Of a stretch of 64,000 nt of DNA, positions 37,305 through 53,600 are shown one piece after another. The notes below the pieces were generated by a model. That model worked only from the letters and a program-made list of their open reading frames with translations. It was not told where the DNA came from and did no database searches. Each line of letters opens with the position of its first letter. The stretch's first letter is position 1. Position numbers and translations under genes: made by a program. The stretch comes from Macrostomum lignano. Its lineage: Eukaryota. The stretch spans positions 25,469 through 89,468 of the forward strand of contig NIVC01000210.1 of NCBI GenBank assembly GCA_002269645.1, read 5' to 3'.

Positions 37305-39831
37305 TCAGGGTACAAAGCGACGCAGAATCTGCCTGAACGGCTCCTCAGGATGGCCTCTACCAGCGGCCGAGAACCTCCCAGTCGGTCGAAGGACGCCGCT
37401 AGGCGTGAGTATCGTCGAGTCGCCGTGCACCGCCTCTAGAAACGGTCGCTCCATCTCGTGTCCCAACTCTGTCGCTTTTAGATCGAATTCCTGACCGGAT
37501 TTTACCGGCGGAGACACCTTCGGCGTCTTAGTCAACGAATTCAAGTTGTGAAGTCCTCGACGATTAAGTCTGTTGAAGGCGACGCTGGCCACTTTTAAGT
37601 CGCCAGTGTCCAGAGCTTCGCGCAACTCGACAGCATCGGCAGCCGCGGAAGTTGACAGGGCAGCTCCGCGCGAGGAATCCGCCATCTCGGCGGCCATAGC
37701 GGAGAGCGCATCAAATCGCTGCCGCTGATGCTCCAGGGCATCGCGACAGTCGGCAAAGAGGCGACTCCACTGCTGCAGAGCCGACTGGCGCTGCTTGGCT
37801 GACTGGTTTGCCGACTCTGCCGCTCTAATTAAAGTGCTGGACTCCTCCTGAAAGAAAATTTGACAAGTTGACATGTAGAACATGAACACTAATTGCAGCA
37901 ATATCCGTTGTAAACCGTTGCTTTGTTAAAATTTGAGCGAAAAATGTTAGTTTTAGTTTTAGAACTTTAGTTTTATGTAATAATAATTAATTACCTCGTT
38001 CACCTGCCCAAATAGGCAGATGTGCAACCGACAGCTCAGCCGCAGCTATTGCGCGGCGCATCTGAAGGCTGCGTACGGCTGTTCAGTCCAAGGACTGGGG
38101 AGGGGGGGGTCGCCACACGCACCCTCAATTACCCCAGCTAATGCTGGCACCCATTTTACAGCTGGGTGAACTGAAGCAATGCAGAGTTAAGTGCCTTGCT
38201 CAACGACACAAATTGTTCCGAGTGGGTTGAGAATCGAATCGAGGATCGACCTTTCAGTCGTGAGTTTCGACGCTGTAACCATTAGGCTACAACCCCTTTG
38301 TTGCAGTTTATTAATATTTGTTGTTACTTTGGTAAAACAATAGGAATCGGAAATCCTATTATAGTTTAGAATTTATAGCTTTGCATACGAGTATAAGTAG
38401 CAAACTACGAGCATAAGGTATAAATACGGTATTCCACCCAAATAATTTTTATTGTCAAAGCTGTCAATCAGTTATAATTGTGTTCCCCGTGTAAAGTCAA
38501 CAGATCATCAAGTACTCGTAAAAAATATATGTAAAGTCAGCTTAATGAAAGCCAATCTTAGATTCATGAAAGGTCTAGAAATGGAGGATCAAGGCTGAAA
38601 GCATTGCAGCAAACCTGGGAGAAATCCGAATGACCATATTTTTTAAGGATTCAAAATGGTCTAGCGCTTATTAAGGTATTCAATCGCTGTTTATTAAAAA
38701 AGTGTTTGTTATGCTACTGATTGAGGGAAATACCAATGAAAGAAAACATACGGCTATTGATACGGATCGAACTGCTACAAACCGATGACTACTTCTACCG
38801 ATTGATCTGCTACAAACCGATGACTACTTCTACCGATTGATCTGCTACAAACCGATGACTATTTCTATCGATTGATCTGCTACAAATCAATGACTACTTC
38901 TACCGATTGATCTGCTACAAACCGATGACTATTTCTATCGATTGATCTGCTACAAATCAATGACTATTTCTATCGATTGATCTGCTACAAACCGATGACT
39001 ACTTCTACCGATTGATCTGCTACAAACCGATGACTACTTCTACCGATTGATCTGCTACAAATCAATGACTATTTCTATCGATTGATCTGCTACAAACCGA
39101 TGCCTACGTCTACCGATCGAGGACTAATAAATTTAAACAACTATAAAAGATTGAACGACCGTCCAGCAATCACGCGCTTTCGTTAAACTAACTCTGAACG
39201 TTTTAACTTACGATTATAACCCACCTTAAATCGCATCTGATCGTTAGCGTAATGCATCTCGCACAGGTTCCGATCGCAGTGCTCGCACCTGGCAAATACC
39301 TGCTGCAGACAGGCACAGTTACCGGCACCCTCTCGAGCGTCGCATTTCGCGTGATGAAGCCACTGCTCCCGCCGACGCCAGCTGTCTACCACGCCGCGGA
39401 CGTGAGGATTCTCCAGCGGACGATCGACCAGACGCTCGCGACAAATCGGACAGCGGGCCACCTCGCCAGACGAGCGACATTTGGTTGCGATAGCCTGGTG
39501 ACATCCGCGGCACAGAGTGTGATGACGGCTGCACACGAAGCACGGATCAACGAAGGTGCTCAGGCACACTGGGCATTTCAGCTCCTCTTCGAGATCTTTG
39601 ACTGCCGGAATCGAAACGTATTTTTGCATTTAAATAGACAGTTTCAAAACTTGGGCACTTTGCTCAGGTTTGTTGCGTTTTAAGATTGATTCAATTTGAT
39701 TATAGTCGACCGTAATACCGAAAGACTTAATTGTTACAATGTCATAGGTTTGAATTTTTACAACAAACAACTTTACAATGCAGAAACAACAACTGAGATA
39801 ACTTACAGGTTCCACTTTCTGCAGACATCAT
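37305..39831 (-). CDS. TRIM-like gene 5, ~314 aa
   Basis: Exons 39831-39807 (MMSAESGT, phase 1), 39601-39225 (RING + B-box-like), 37847-37305 (coiled coil); frame continuous; intron 2 contains a SINE and the 35-bp repeat. Confidence 0.8.
37978..38296 (-). mobile_element. SINE family 1, copy 3 (intronic)
   Basis: Head GGGGTTGTAGCCTAATGG on minus strand; core-like segment; TAA-rich tail. Confidence 0.8.
38765..39118. repeat. 35-bp minisatellite (GATCTGCTACAAACCGATGACTACTTCTACCGATT), ~10 copies
   Basis: Directly visible, head-to-tail without spacers. Confidence 0.95.
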
Positions 39832-41134
39832 CGCAGGCCTAGTCATAGTCCTTCTTTATAGTCAAGGTACTTTAGATTGAAACAATTGCAAGGTTGAGTC
39901 AGTTGCAGGAAAAAGTGTCACCTCAACAAAGATGAAGCTCTTCACATGGCCTGAACGCTTTAAGAAGAGGAGGCCTCTTGTGTTCTCTGAGCAGACAGAA
40001 GTTTAGTTCTCACTCTGGTCTGTACACTGGGAATATAGTACATTCACTTACGAGTACAGCTGGGATAGGGCGGACTAGAAAGAGATTGCAGCTCAGTGAG
40101 TATATATGGAGTACAGCAAAGGTTTGCGAAGCTACACTGCAGACACCTCAGACTGTACGCCGGCACGGAAATTGAAATGTTTATTGTCTGAGACCGTTGG
40201 ACTGTACTTACTCGGAATGCCTTATCAAACTATGAAAGATTACCGAAGTAATTCAGGAAAAAGCGCTGAGTGCAATTCCAGGCACTGAGAGATAATATGA
40301 ATTCAAAATAAATTTTAACCTTTTTGCTAATGACAGATGTTTCGTATCCACTCAGTTACTATAAATATGCAGTACTCCGAAGTACGAATTCAAACTATGT
40401 TCTGGAAATGCCAACAACTGCACTACCGCCAACTTCATTCTTTTTTGTGTCTTTAATCAAACTTTACCATTTTTAAAGTCTATCAAAATAGATAGTAATA
40501 TTATATTCTGATGCCACACTTTCGAGGACATTGACTCACAATTGACTCGCAATGTGGCAATGCGCGGAATCAAACAACTTGTCGAGGTGCATTATAGCGC
40601 ATAATATCGGTATAACTTTTGGCTTTTAATTTAATCGCTCTATTTTTTAATGGAAAGAAACATTTAAAAGATTCTGACAGAACAAAGCCATGATACCCTG
40701 CTGTATGTATATTCATACTGTATAAACAAGAAATTAGACAGGGAGATACAACTGTAGCCATCTATGTTTCGCATTCATGGAGGTGTGCAAATTGTAGATT
40801 CACTCTGAAAAATTACTCGTAGAAGCTTCCTAGGGATTCAAATTATCAATATTATTCTACGAAAAAAGGAGTTTATATGACTGAATCATCATTCGTCAAG
40901 CTTGTTTCTGTTTCTTTTCAGAAACATGTTCAACGGGATGTGAAAGACTGATCGAAGCTTATATCTTTATAAACGCCGGCTATGACAAGCTGTATCAAAT
41001 ATGAATTAGATAGTACTCGTATTTTTTAAGAATAACGACACCCAGAAGAAAGAATAATAGTTGAAAAAACCAAACTCAACACAAACGTCAGAAAGTAGTT
41101 CTCCGTTCATCAATCACAACTAATTCTGAATCAT

Positions 41135-43618
<2,484 letters not shown>

Positions 43619-43996
43619 TTTTCAGTAAGAATTCTAATTGCAAAATTCATACAATGCGAAGAATCCGAGAAATAAAACTTAGAGGTAGAGCTTGCATGGT
43701 TCCTAGTTCTAAAGCGCGTTTAATGTAAAAAATCAGATTGTAAGTGCAATGTCTATTTATAGAGTAGCCAGTGCGTACGCTTCTAGTGTACAAAAGAACA
43801 GAATTCCAACGTACTTCTCGGCGTACAGTACGTACTCGTACAATGGGTATAGGTACAGCGTACGTTAGTCAGTGCATACTATTTCTCTTGCTCTTTCCCA
43901 CGCAGCAATTTCAAATAAATATCCGTAAAACCAACTGCTGTCTTTCGCTTGGACACAACAACCTTTATAATTATAACCTACCATTCGATCTACAAA

Positions 43997-46539
43997 ATGA
44001 ACGATTTTGGTTCAGGTAAGGTTGAAAGCAAGTTAATCCCCAAATTTAAGTAAAACAGGCCTGCTTTGAAGCTTTTTAAAATTTTTTATGGAATTTCGAT
44101 TCAAATTGAAACAATACGTGCGCCCGTTCTTGCATAGTTCTAATTAGGAGAGTAGCGGAGCTGGAATTAGTTTGAGGGTTCATCAACGCAAATTGGCCTG
44201 TCCAAAGCTGTCTTGCGATTCCCATGGCTTATGACGGCCAACCAAGTCTCAAGGGACAGGGTAAAGGTCGGGGATGCCCGACGATGGGAATAGCGGCGTT
44301 TTTGCGTCATTTATGTGTTTAGGGTTTTTTATTGAACCAAGCAAGATTAGCAGTTTAAATATTGAGGGTTTCATTGACACTATAGCAAAATGACAAAATA
44401 AAAAAGTGCATTTTGGTCATTTTTGTAGACTGTACTTGGTTTTGGTTGATTTTTTATACATGAGCCCAAAACCCAACGCCTGGCCCTCTGCAATGAGCAA
44501 ATCATCTCAAGGTTTCAATGTTGTTCCTATATTTTATACTTCTGATTTGCAGAGGTTGCTGAGGAGCTGCTATGCCCCGTGTGCTTGGACCCCTACAACG
44601 ACCCCGTATATGTGTGCATCCATCACCATAGCCTGTGCCGCGAATGCTACCAAATGATTGTTTCGACAGCTGGCAGTGACATCCCGCAGTGTCCGCAGTG
44701 CCGAGAGAAATTGACCAGACCCGTTGATAATACTCAACTGCGCCGTCTGGTGGAGGCTCACCAACAGCAATCTCAGCAGGCGGTCCAATGCCAGGACTCT
44801 TCCTCTGGCGGCATCTGTGCTCGGCGTAGTGCTGAGCGATGCGGGCACTGCGAGCAGAGCTTCTGCGCGCAGCACTTCATCGCTCATAAAGAGCAGTTTC
44901 AAGTGCGTATGAAATTCACTGTTTCTTTATTGTTTTTTAAGGTTCTCGCTCTGAAGATTAATTTTTAGGTTCTTAAATGCGATCACTGATTTCAGACCGA
45001 TTGCGTTGAGCTTTTGTCGGCTGCAGATGAAGCAGCTCAGCAGTCAGAGAGTCGACAAAGAGTGCTAACCGAATGGGAAGTCTTTATTCAAAGCTGTGTA
45101 GCGCATCTGATTGAGAATTCGAGACTGCAGCGATTAATTCCCGAATCCTGGCTCGACGATGCATCCCGGAGGCACGCCGAAGATTTACGAAGCACCCTCA
45201 ACGCCGGTGACCTGCGGGCAGCCAGAGTTGCCTATGATGAACTCAGGATGGCCAAAGCGAGATTCGACCAGCAAGGACCGCCTCGCGAGATCGTTGGAGA
45301 GTTCAGCCGAGATGCGTTGTTCTCTCTGTTTCAAGAGAAGCTTTCAGCTCTGCTGACCGCAGCCGAACAGGTGTACCTTGACGGCATCTACGGCTTGGTC
45401 GAACGCGTTTGCCACATTGGAATTTCCACAGTCAAGCTGAAGATTGGGAAAGAGATTCAGAAAATTCCGGAGCTCAAATGCCGGCTTAGTTTCGTCCTGC
45501 CCGGTCGAGGCAGTCACTTCACTCCCTATGTTGACCTCAAAGCCATTCGTGCCGAGCAATTTGAAAGGGACATTCTGATTCGTTTCGATTTCCAGCAGCA
45601 GTTCGACTACAGCACCATCAGTATGTCGAACGGTCCGGCCGTTTTAGCACAGTTTCTGCAGAGAGGACCGATTGAACTGCCGTTTTGTCTTCAGATGAAG
45701 TTTAAGGAGAGGCTGGCCTCCGGGGTGGCTGAAAATACCTACTGCAGCAGAATGTATCAACTCGCAGCTTTGCTGCCACTGGCGGAGGCGATCAGTCGTG
45801 GGGAGAGCATCGAAAACGTGGAGTGTCCTTGTGAGATTCTGAATAAGAAGTACACTTTAAATTACCTTTGTCTACTGAGTCATGACCCTGTTATTTAAAC
45901 TACAAAAGCTTTTAGTGATAAAATGCACCAAAAACTCGCGAAACTAACTTTTCTGGTTTCTTAGAAAATATTTGGATTCTGGGCTTGCGCAAAAATGCAA
46001 TGCTGTCAAGCTGAAATAGGAAATAGCTTCTCTTCAACACAAATGATAATAATATTCGTTTTTGTAGAAGCAGATTTATAGTAAACTTTTCTGCTGGTTA
46101 GATCAGAGGTATTTGGAAAGAGTACTTAATTGTTCAAAATCAATAGTTTTTTGCTTTATGAACTAATTAGATAGAAATTGACTTTTACAACTGTAATGCG
46201 CATACAAAATCAAGGATTTACAGAAGTTGCCCTGTCTGTCTAATGAGTGTCTGACTGGTGGAACTTAACATTGAAAACGTGAGCTCCTAGCTCGACCGTA
46301 AAGACCAGCTGACGCAGTGCAATTAGCCAGTCGTTGGAAGCCGGTTCCGGCTTCTTCTGAGATTGAATCTCCAAGAATCAGCCTTAATTGGTCTTCCCGC
46401 AGTGCTGGATGAAAATGAGGCACCTCGCGGATATGTCACGGTGTCCACCAACCTGCCGTGTCTGCTGAACCAAGTCTACCGGGAGCTGCCGGCTGAGGAG
46501 CAAAGCGAAGTTGAATTGAGGCTTCGAGGAGAAGAGTAA
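43997..46539 (+). CDS. Chimeric TRIM-like gene 7: RING + B-box-like + coiled coil + RPGRIP1L RID-type C2 domain, ~446 aa
   Basis: Exons 43997-44015 (phase 1), 44553-44902, 44996-45830 (phase 1, donor CCTT|GTGAG), 46403-46539. C-terminus (VCHIGISTVKL, SFVLPG, IRFDFQQQFDYS, PIELPFCL, ISRGESIE..P | RGYVTVSTNLPCLLNQVYRELP) aligns with the RID copies at 47.6-57.9 kb. Confidence 0.8.
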
Positions 46540-47621
46540 TTTCGTTCGTCCGAAGTCAAAATATGGTAAAATTGAAAGGTTAATTAGTTCGCTAACGATG
46601 AAAACTGGAAACTATGGCGTTGTCTGAACAGATTTTAAAAAACTTTTTTTGAACAGTAATTGTTTCTTCAAATATTACTCCAGTGGTTGTCTACATGTAT
46701 ATTTAAACAACTTCATACAATACTATCGCCGTAGTATTTCTGTTCTGACCTCAGTTGGTGCCTCAAAAGGCGTGACTACGCACTTCTTTCAAGCTCAGGA
46801 AGCAGGAAAATATTGGATTGCTATTAACTTTTCGCAAAAAATTTTTTGTTCAATTTTTATAGAAAATATTGGAAGAGATTATTTAGCTAGCCAGGAGTTT
46901 TACACATGATTCTTTTTGTCAAGAGTACGAGCGAATTATGCACTGTGCTCGTTTTGTGTTATAGATATTCTATTTACTCTAGAAAGTTTTTTAGGGTGGT
47001 TTGTAGCTCGTAGGTTTGGACGCACTCATCTTGACGTCGTCCGTTGTTAAATTTCAGCATCTTTCAGAGTCGTGTGGTGAGGAAAACACACGCGTAGTGT
47101 CCTATTTAAGGCTTTAAATGATTTCTTTTCGAGTCATTGTATAATTATAACTTTAAACCAACTGGTTAATTAAGCGTCTTTTTCAATTGTTTGTCTCCAA
47201 TTTTCGCAGTATTCACGCTCGTATTTAACTAAATGGAACGTATTACGAGCTAAAAAGCATATATATTTTGAATTATCGAAGTGCGTATTTTTTTAACCTC
47301 AAAACTTATTAATCATGTGAAGAACAGTTTAGTTTCATAAAACGCTTTTTGGGGTTTTTTGGGGTACACGCTCAAAAAATCGCTTATTTTTAAGCAAAAC
47401 AAAGAGTTCTTAAACAATTAATTACCCATAAAACTTTGTTTAAGTTACTTACGGGGATAAGGCATTTATTAAGGCACTTTATCAGATACCTCGTGCAGAA
47501 TCAAACAGCTCAAAAGTTAAAGGCTGCATTATTCGACTCGAACTCACATGCAAACTAATCACAGACAAATATAACAAGAGTTATAAAGTGAAAATCGATA
47601 TGAATCCAGTATAATATGGAA

Positions 47622-50600
47622 TTAAAAGTCAGGTGGTGAGTCACCTTTTGAGAGATGAAAGCATAAAATTAAGTCTTTCAGACTCAAAAAATATCACTGC
47701 ATTCCATACTCACTTTTAACGTGATGAAGCAGCCGTGGCAGGCTGGTTTCAATCGCGATGCTGCCAATCTTCTTCTCGTTTTGAATGACTGAAATGAAAA
47801 CGTTGATTGAATCTGGGGTGATTAACAGTAAAATACATTTTTTCTTTGTTGGATTGTGTTTTAAATGGTGTTTTTTTTATTAGATTAGAGGCAGGGGGGT
47901 TGTGTGCACCCTGGCGCACTTTAAGCGACATAGGCACACAACCGGCGAGAGGCATTACTGCCCATTCCGCCGACTCCCCTGAGCAGGCATACAAGCACGC
48001 GGATACGTACGCAGGCACACACTCACACAGGAGTGTACAGCGGCCCTAACTTTATATTAATCGTTAGGCATGTACACTTCACGGCGCCTTGGGGGGTTGG
48101 CTCTCAAGGCCGTTAATTGCACGAGCAGAGCCAAGCCGAGATTCCAATTCAGCCCCAAATTAATGTGACTGCACTTGGAATCGAGCCTGGGTCGCTGGCA
48201 CACCAGAGCAGCTGCGCTACCGCTGGGCTACGGCCCCCGTTAAATGGTGTTTTAGAAATCGAACAAACTCGGAGAAGAAGTATAGCTCGTAGATCTATTT
48301 TTACCGTTACAGAAAATAACAAAAATTAAATATAAATATTAAATATTAAATATAAAAACTGACACTCTGCGGAACCTTTGTGAGAATTCTATTTATCGGT
48401 TGATTTTTTATAATTCGGCTAAAGTAACTTGGTCACTCATTTAGTAGTCAATATATGATCCACTACACAAAACTTTAATGCCTTATAAAAGACCCACGAA
48501 ACATTTCAACGTCTGTAGACCCCACGTCGATGTACGTCGCAGGCAATTGGGTATTTTGACGTTACGCCGAAGGACAATGACATCATGCGTAGGTCAGAAT
48601 TCGATGTAATGTATTAAATGTACAAATCTGCCCCCCAACATAGATGGACGTCGAAAACGTCTGCTGACCTAAATGACTTCAAATTGCAGACGGGAGAGAG
48701 AAATCTCTAAATCTCACGTGGAAACTCGTTCCAGATACAGCGGTCCTGTTCGATACTGGGTTGCAGGCCAACTCTAGCCTCGCACAAGTCGCCGGCTGCC
48801 TTACAAGCCAGCGTGAATCGAAGCTCGACTGGATCAGCCAGTAGCAAGCTGGTTAGCTGCTTCCTCATTCCTTCTTCTGAGTAATCGAAGCGCCATATAT
48901 AGTCGAAGTTTAGGCGATAATCTCCAGGCTGAGACCACCCGGGTCTGGGGATGAGCACGCTGGGCGTGTGCGTATCCTCAGAGTCGGAATAGCCAGGTAG
49001 ATTGAAGTAAACATAGCAGAATTGGTTGTTAAGTTTGGGATTTTCTAAGACCTCACTGTTCTCCATTAGATGCACAGTTGATATGGCGATGTCGCAGTGC
49101 CTCGAAACACTTTTCACTGTGAATGGTTTTTGTGTTTATGCTTTTTCTAGAATTCGAAGCGTTTACAAGGGTTAAAAGTCGAAAATACTTACTCCTATAA
49201 TTCAGATGACTTCTGATGCTGATAGGTACAAATCTAAGTAGAGATTTTGGTAGCTCACGGCCGATCTCCAGTAGCAAGCTGGGCAAATCCGTGCTGATTT
49301 TGATGCTGCCCACCTGCTCGGTCTTCGCCATTACTAAAAGTTTTTGATAAAATTCATTACAAAATCCGAAATTCATATTTACCGTATACGCTTAACCAAG
49401 AAAAAAGCAAGTTTACACGTACCAGGAAATCTCTCGTCTCTAACATCTACATGTACTTCACGTCTTAAGTAATCATCGAGTTTTATGATAGTCCTGCCCA
49501 ATTCAGTCTTAACGAAAGAGCTTGCCAAGTTTGGTGATTTGCAAAATACTTTGAACGCGATCTGCAGGTTTCCCTCGAGAATCGACTTGGCCAGCATCAG
49601 GCGGTTTTGGTAGTTGCCTGTCATGCTGTAGTCGTAAGTCTTTTCAAAATTGAAAGCAAGAAGGAACCCGTTTTTCGGAGATTGCACCGAATTCAGGACT
49701 GGTCTCAAAAGAGACGTCATTGTTTCTTGAAGCTTGAAGCCGACTAGGTCAAATGCTACGTAGCACTTTCCCTTGCCAAGCTGTGAATTTGTCAAGACTT
49801 CAGATGAGCCGTTCAGTTGCACGTCAGCTATTCGCACAGTGCAGTTCTCAACGAAGGCTTCATCGAATTTGCGAATAGGCTGATTATTACCTGTAATCGA
49901 AAGGTACATGTCTGTCGTATCTATGGGAATGCATAGTTGTAAATATGAAGACTCATTTATTTAATAGTTAAAAATACAAGGATAGTTCGACATTGTCTCA
50001 CCCTCGGCTTCATTTTCCTCAGCAGTAGGTTTTTGGACGTCCTCAAACGAGTCTAACCGTTTCCTGATCGAAATTAGCAGACTCGGCAGGCTCATGCTGA
50101 TTTTGATGCTGCCAACTTTATTACCGTTTGACAGTACTAAAGTTACAAGGGATATGTTTGTTGCGACAACAATTCGGACACTATCAGCATGTGATGGTAA
50201 AAGCCACCTAGCTTTTTAACAGACAGTAGACAGTTTTTTAAACTCGTGAAACTTGACTGAAATCTGCATTGCTTGCATACTAAGAACTCAGATTAATGCC
50301 ATACGATGATCGATGCTATCATATAACACTGGGACTACTGAAACAAAGGGAAAACCACCGTTGGACTAGTGCCTGTTAATAATAGCTAAGAATTATATCA
50401 TTAAAAGTTATTCCTATCTTTATTGTGCTACTCGGGTAAACGGATGACACATTTTGAGTCTCCCCAAGCCACTGACTGTCTATCTACCGATCTAAAAAAA
50501 CTCACGTGGAAAGCTTTGTTTTCGAATATCCTCGCCTCGAGCAACAAACTCGTCCATTTTGACAGTCGCCTTGCCAAGATCCATGTAGAATTCACTCTCT

Positions 50601-53600
50601 GAGTCAGACGGCTCGCAAGCTACCACGAACGGAATCTCGATGCACTTTTGTCTTAAAAGCAGCATAGTTAATATTTTGCTCTTGCTTGCGCTGCTGTAGT
50701 CGTAGACTCCTTGGAAATTGTAGCTGAGGCAGAACTCCTCAGGTCGCGACCGGCCCGGCCTGGGCGTCGGCACAGATCCGGGCGTTTCCGTCTCCTCGCT
50801 TCGGAAACTGGGTAGCGAGAAGAGCACGGAGCACTTGGTGTTGTCGAGTTCTGGCTTCCTCAAAACATCGCTTGTTTCACTGAGCTCCACATTGAATATC
50901 TGGACTTTACAGGTTTCCATAGTGAATGAAACTAAACCTAGTAGCTTTTTTAAGTCGTTCTAATTCTGTCTGGCATCATTTAAATAGCAAGTTCGCAAAC
51001 TGCAACTTCAGCAGAACTTCGGAATCTAAGAGGGAAGCTGAAGTTCTTAGGTAAAAATTGTCCACCTCAATGAACTCCCACTTTGTCTGAGTAATTTGGG
51101 CTCTGGAATAATATTAGCAAAAAATGAAGTCAGAGATCTTCTACGTGCTGCAAAAGCCAATCTTCCTTTGTGCGAAAGAGAGTTAGAAATTGTCAGAAAA
51201 GTGGATGCGCTGCACACATCTTTGAGTACGTCATTGTGCATAATAAAATGGCAGCACTAAAATTAGCAGCTTACCCAAATGAAGTTCGCTTGATATTTTC
51301 TATTTATCTACCAAAATATAAAAATAAAAACGCTGAAACAATATCTAATTCATAATATAATCAGAATATAATTCTGAATTAGAAATAAAAACAAAAATTG
51401 CAAACTTATTCACTAAGAATCTACGATACACACACCGTAAAACATAACAAACGAGATTCTGTATAGATGTACATGTTAGTACAGGAAATTTAATTTAGAA
51501 ATAACCTGATGCATCAGTTACACAACCAATGAGCATATGCTTACATGTAAAGTTGAGCAAAATATTAGTAGCATGTACAGCTGATTCTAACGAGCGCACT
51601 GTTTTGATTTTAGCTCTCATAACTTTTTTAGCAGAATTTCAAACCACTTGGGCACTTTGAAATTGATAAGCTTTCTAGCTCTTTAAAAAAGTTATTGACT
51701 TTTTTTTACCCTCTGGTATTTCATCGCAGATTTCCCGCAGCAGACTGGGCAAGTTGGTGCTAATCGTGATGCTGCCAACAACTTCATCTCCGTTCAGTAC
51801 TGAAATAATAAAAAACGGCGTGTCTGGTGAACGACGCGTCTACTCGACATGTTCACTCAAAGCCCATTATACTGACATTTAAGCACGCACAAACATGAAA
51901 ACAATCATAAAATCATCAACTCAATCATGAAATTATCAACTCAATCATGAATCATCAACTCAATCATGATATCATCAACTCAATTATGAATCATCAATGT
52001 AATCATGAGATCATCAACTCAATCATGAATCATCAACTCAATCAGGAAATAATCAACTCAATAACGAAATCATCAACTCAATCAATGAATCATCAGTGTA
52101 ATCATGAGATCATCAACGCAATCATTAAATCATCAACGCAATCATTAAATAAACAACTCAATCATGAGATCATCAACTCAATCATGAGATCATCAACTCA
52201 ATCATGAATCATCAGCTGAATCTGGAAACAATCAACTCAATAACGAAATCATCAAAGCAATCAATGAATCATCAGTGTAATCATGAGATCATCAATGCAA
52301 TCAATAAATCATCAACTCAATCCATAAAATCAACAACTCATTTTTGAAATAATCAACTCAATCATGAGATCATCAACGCAATCGTGAAATCATCAAATCA
52401 ATCAATGAATCATCAATGTAAGCATAAATTCATCACCGCAATCATTAAGTCATCAACTCAATCATGAAATCATCAGCTCAATCAATGAATCATTGACTCG
52501 ATCATGAACTCCTGAACTCATGAATTTGATTATCATCAAAAGCGTGGATCATTCAAAATTAAGACCACAAAAGAACATCAAAAGTTAGCTAGGATAAAAA
52601 ATTAAAGCGAATAAACTAATTAATTAACATGTCTTGAAAAAACCTACACGGAAAGCTCTCGTCTTGAATGTCCTTGCCATCAGACACACGATCTTCGAGC
52701 TTGACGACCGCAGTGCCAAAATCCAAGAAGAACTCGCTATCCTGATCCTCCGCCTCGCACACCAAGGTGAACGGAAGTTCAACTGGACTCGCCATTAACA
52801 GAGTGGCAAGCTGGATCCGCTTATTGTAATTTGTATCGTAGCTGTAGTCAAATCTCTTCTGGAAGTTAAACCGAAGATGGAAATCTTTTGCCTTGGTCCG
52901 GCCTGGTCTTGGTGTTGGTAGCGAGAGAGAAGTCTCCGTTTCGTCCATATCAAAACCAGGTAGATCGAAGGACACAAAGCTGTTGGTGTTGTCGAGCTCG
53001 GGATTCTGTAGAGCTCGGCAAGATTGCTCTAGCTGGACACTCGATATACAAACTGTACACATCTCGCGCGAGTCTGCTTTAGAAGTCGACTGAGTCCTCC
53101 GACTGAGTGCTGAAGTTTGTTTCAGGTTTCAAACTCTTATTGAGAGTGTCTTTACGAGAAAATGACGAATAAATACAGAGTAAAATGGCAACAATAAAGC
53201 TTAAATTCTCACAGTCTTTATTATGATCATCGGCAGCTGGATTCGTTTCTATGCAAACGGCGAGCAGTAAGCTGGGCATACTTGTGCTCAGTTTTATCGT
53301 GCCAACTTGCTCTTTGTAGTAGGAAAGCACTAAAATATAAAACATCCGATTGATAGTACGCTCGTAGTTAAGGAACTGATTTCAATTGATTACCTACCGG
53401 TATTTTAAAAATATAACATTCTCAACCCGCACCAGGAAAGCTTTCCTTTTGGACGTCGTCCTTTCGAGCAATTCTATTATCGAGTCTGACAACGGCTCGG
53501 CCCAGATTAACTTCACTTTGCGATTCGTCCGGCAGGCACATCAAGGTAAAATTGACATCAGCATGATACCGGCTGAGCATATCATCCAGAGCCTGCCGCT

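Noticed and set aside
38765-39118. 35-bp repeat resembling a CRISPR repeat in length
   Set aside because: Units are head-to-tail with no spacers, intronic, in eukaryotic DNA, and no cas genes are present.
46290-46310. CCGTAAAGAC resembling the start of a flatworm spliced-leader sequence
   Set aside because: Only ~10 nt match from memory; the rest of an SL exon, donor and Sm site are not evident.
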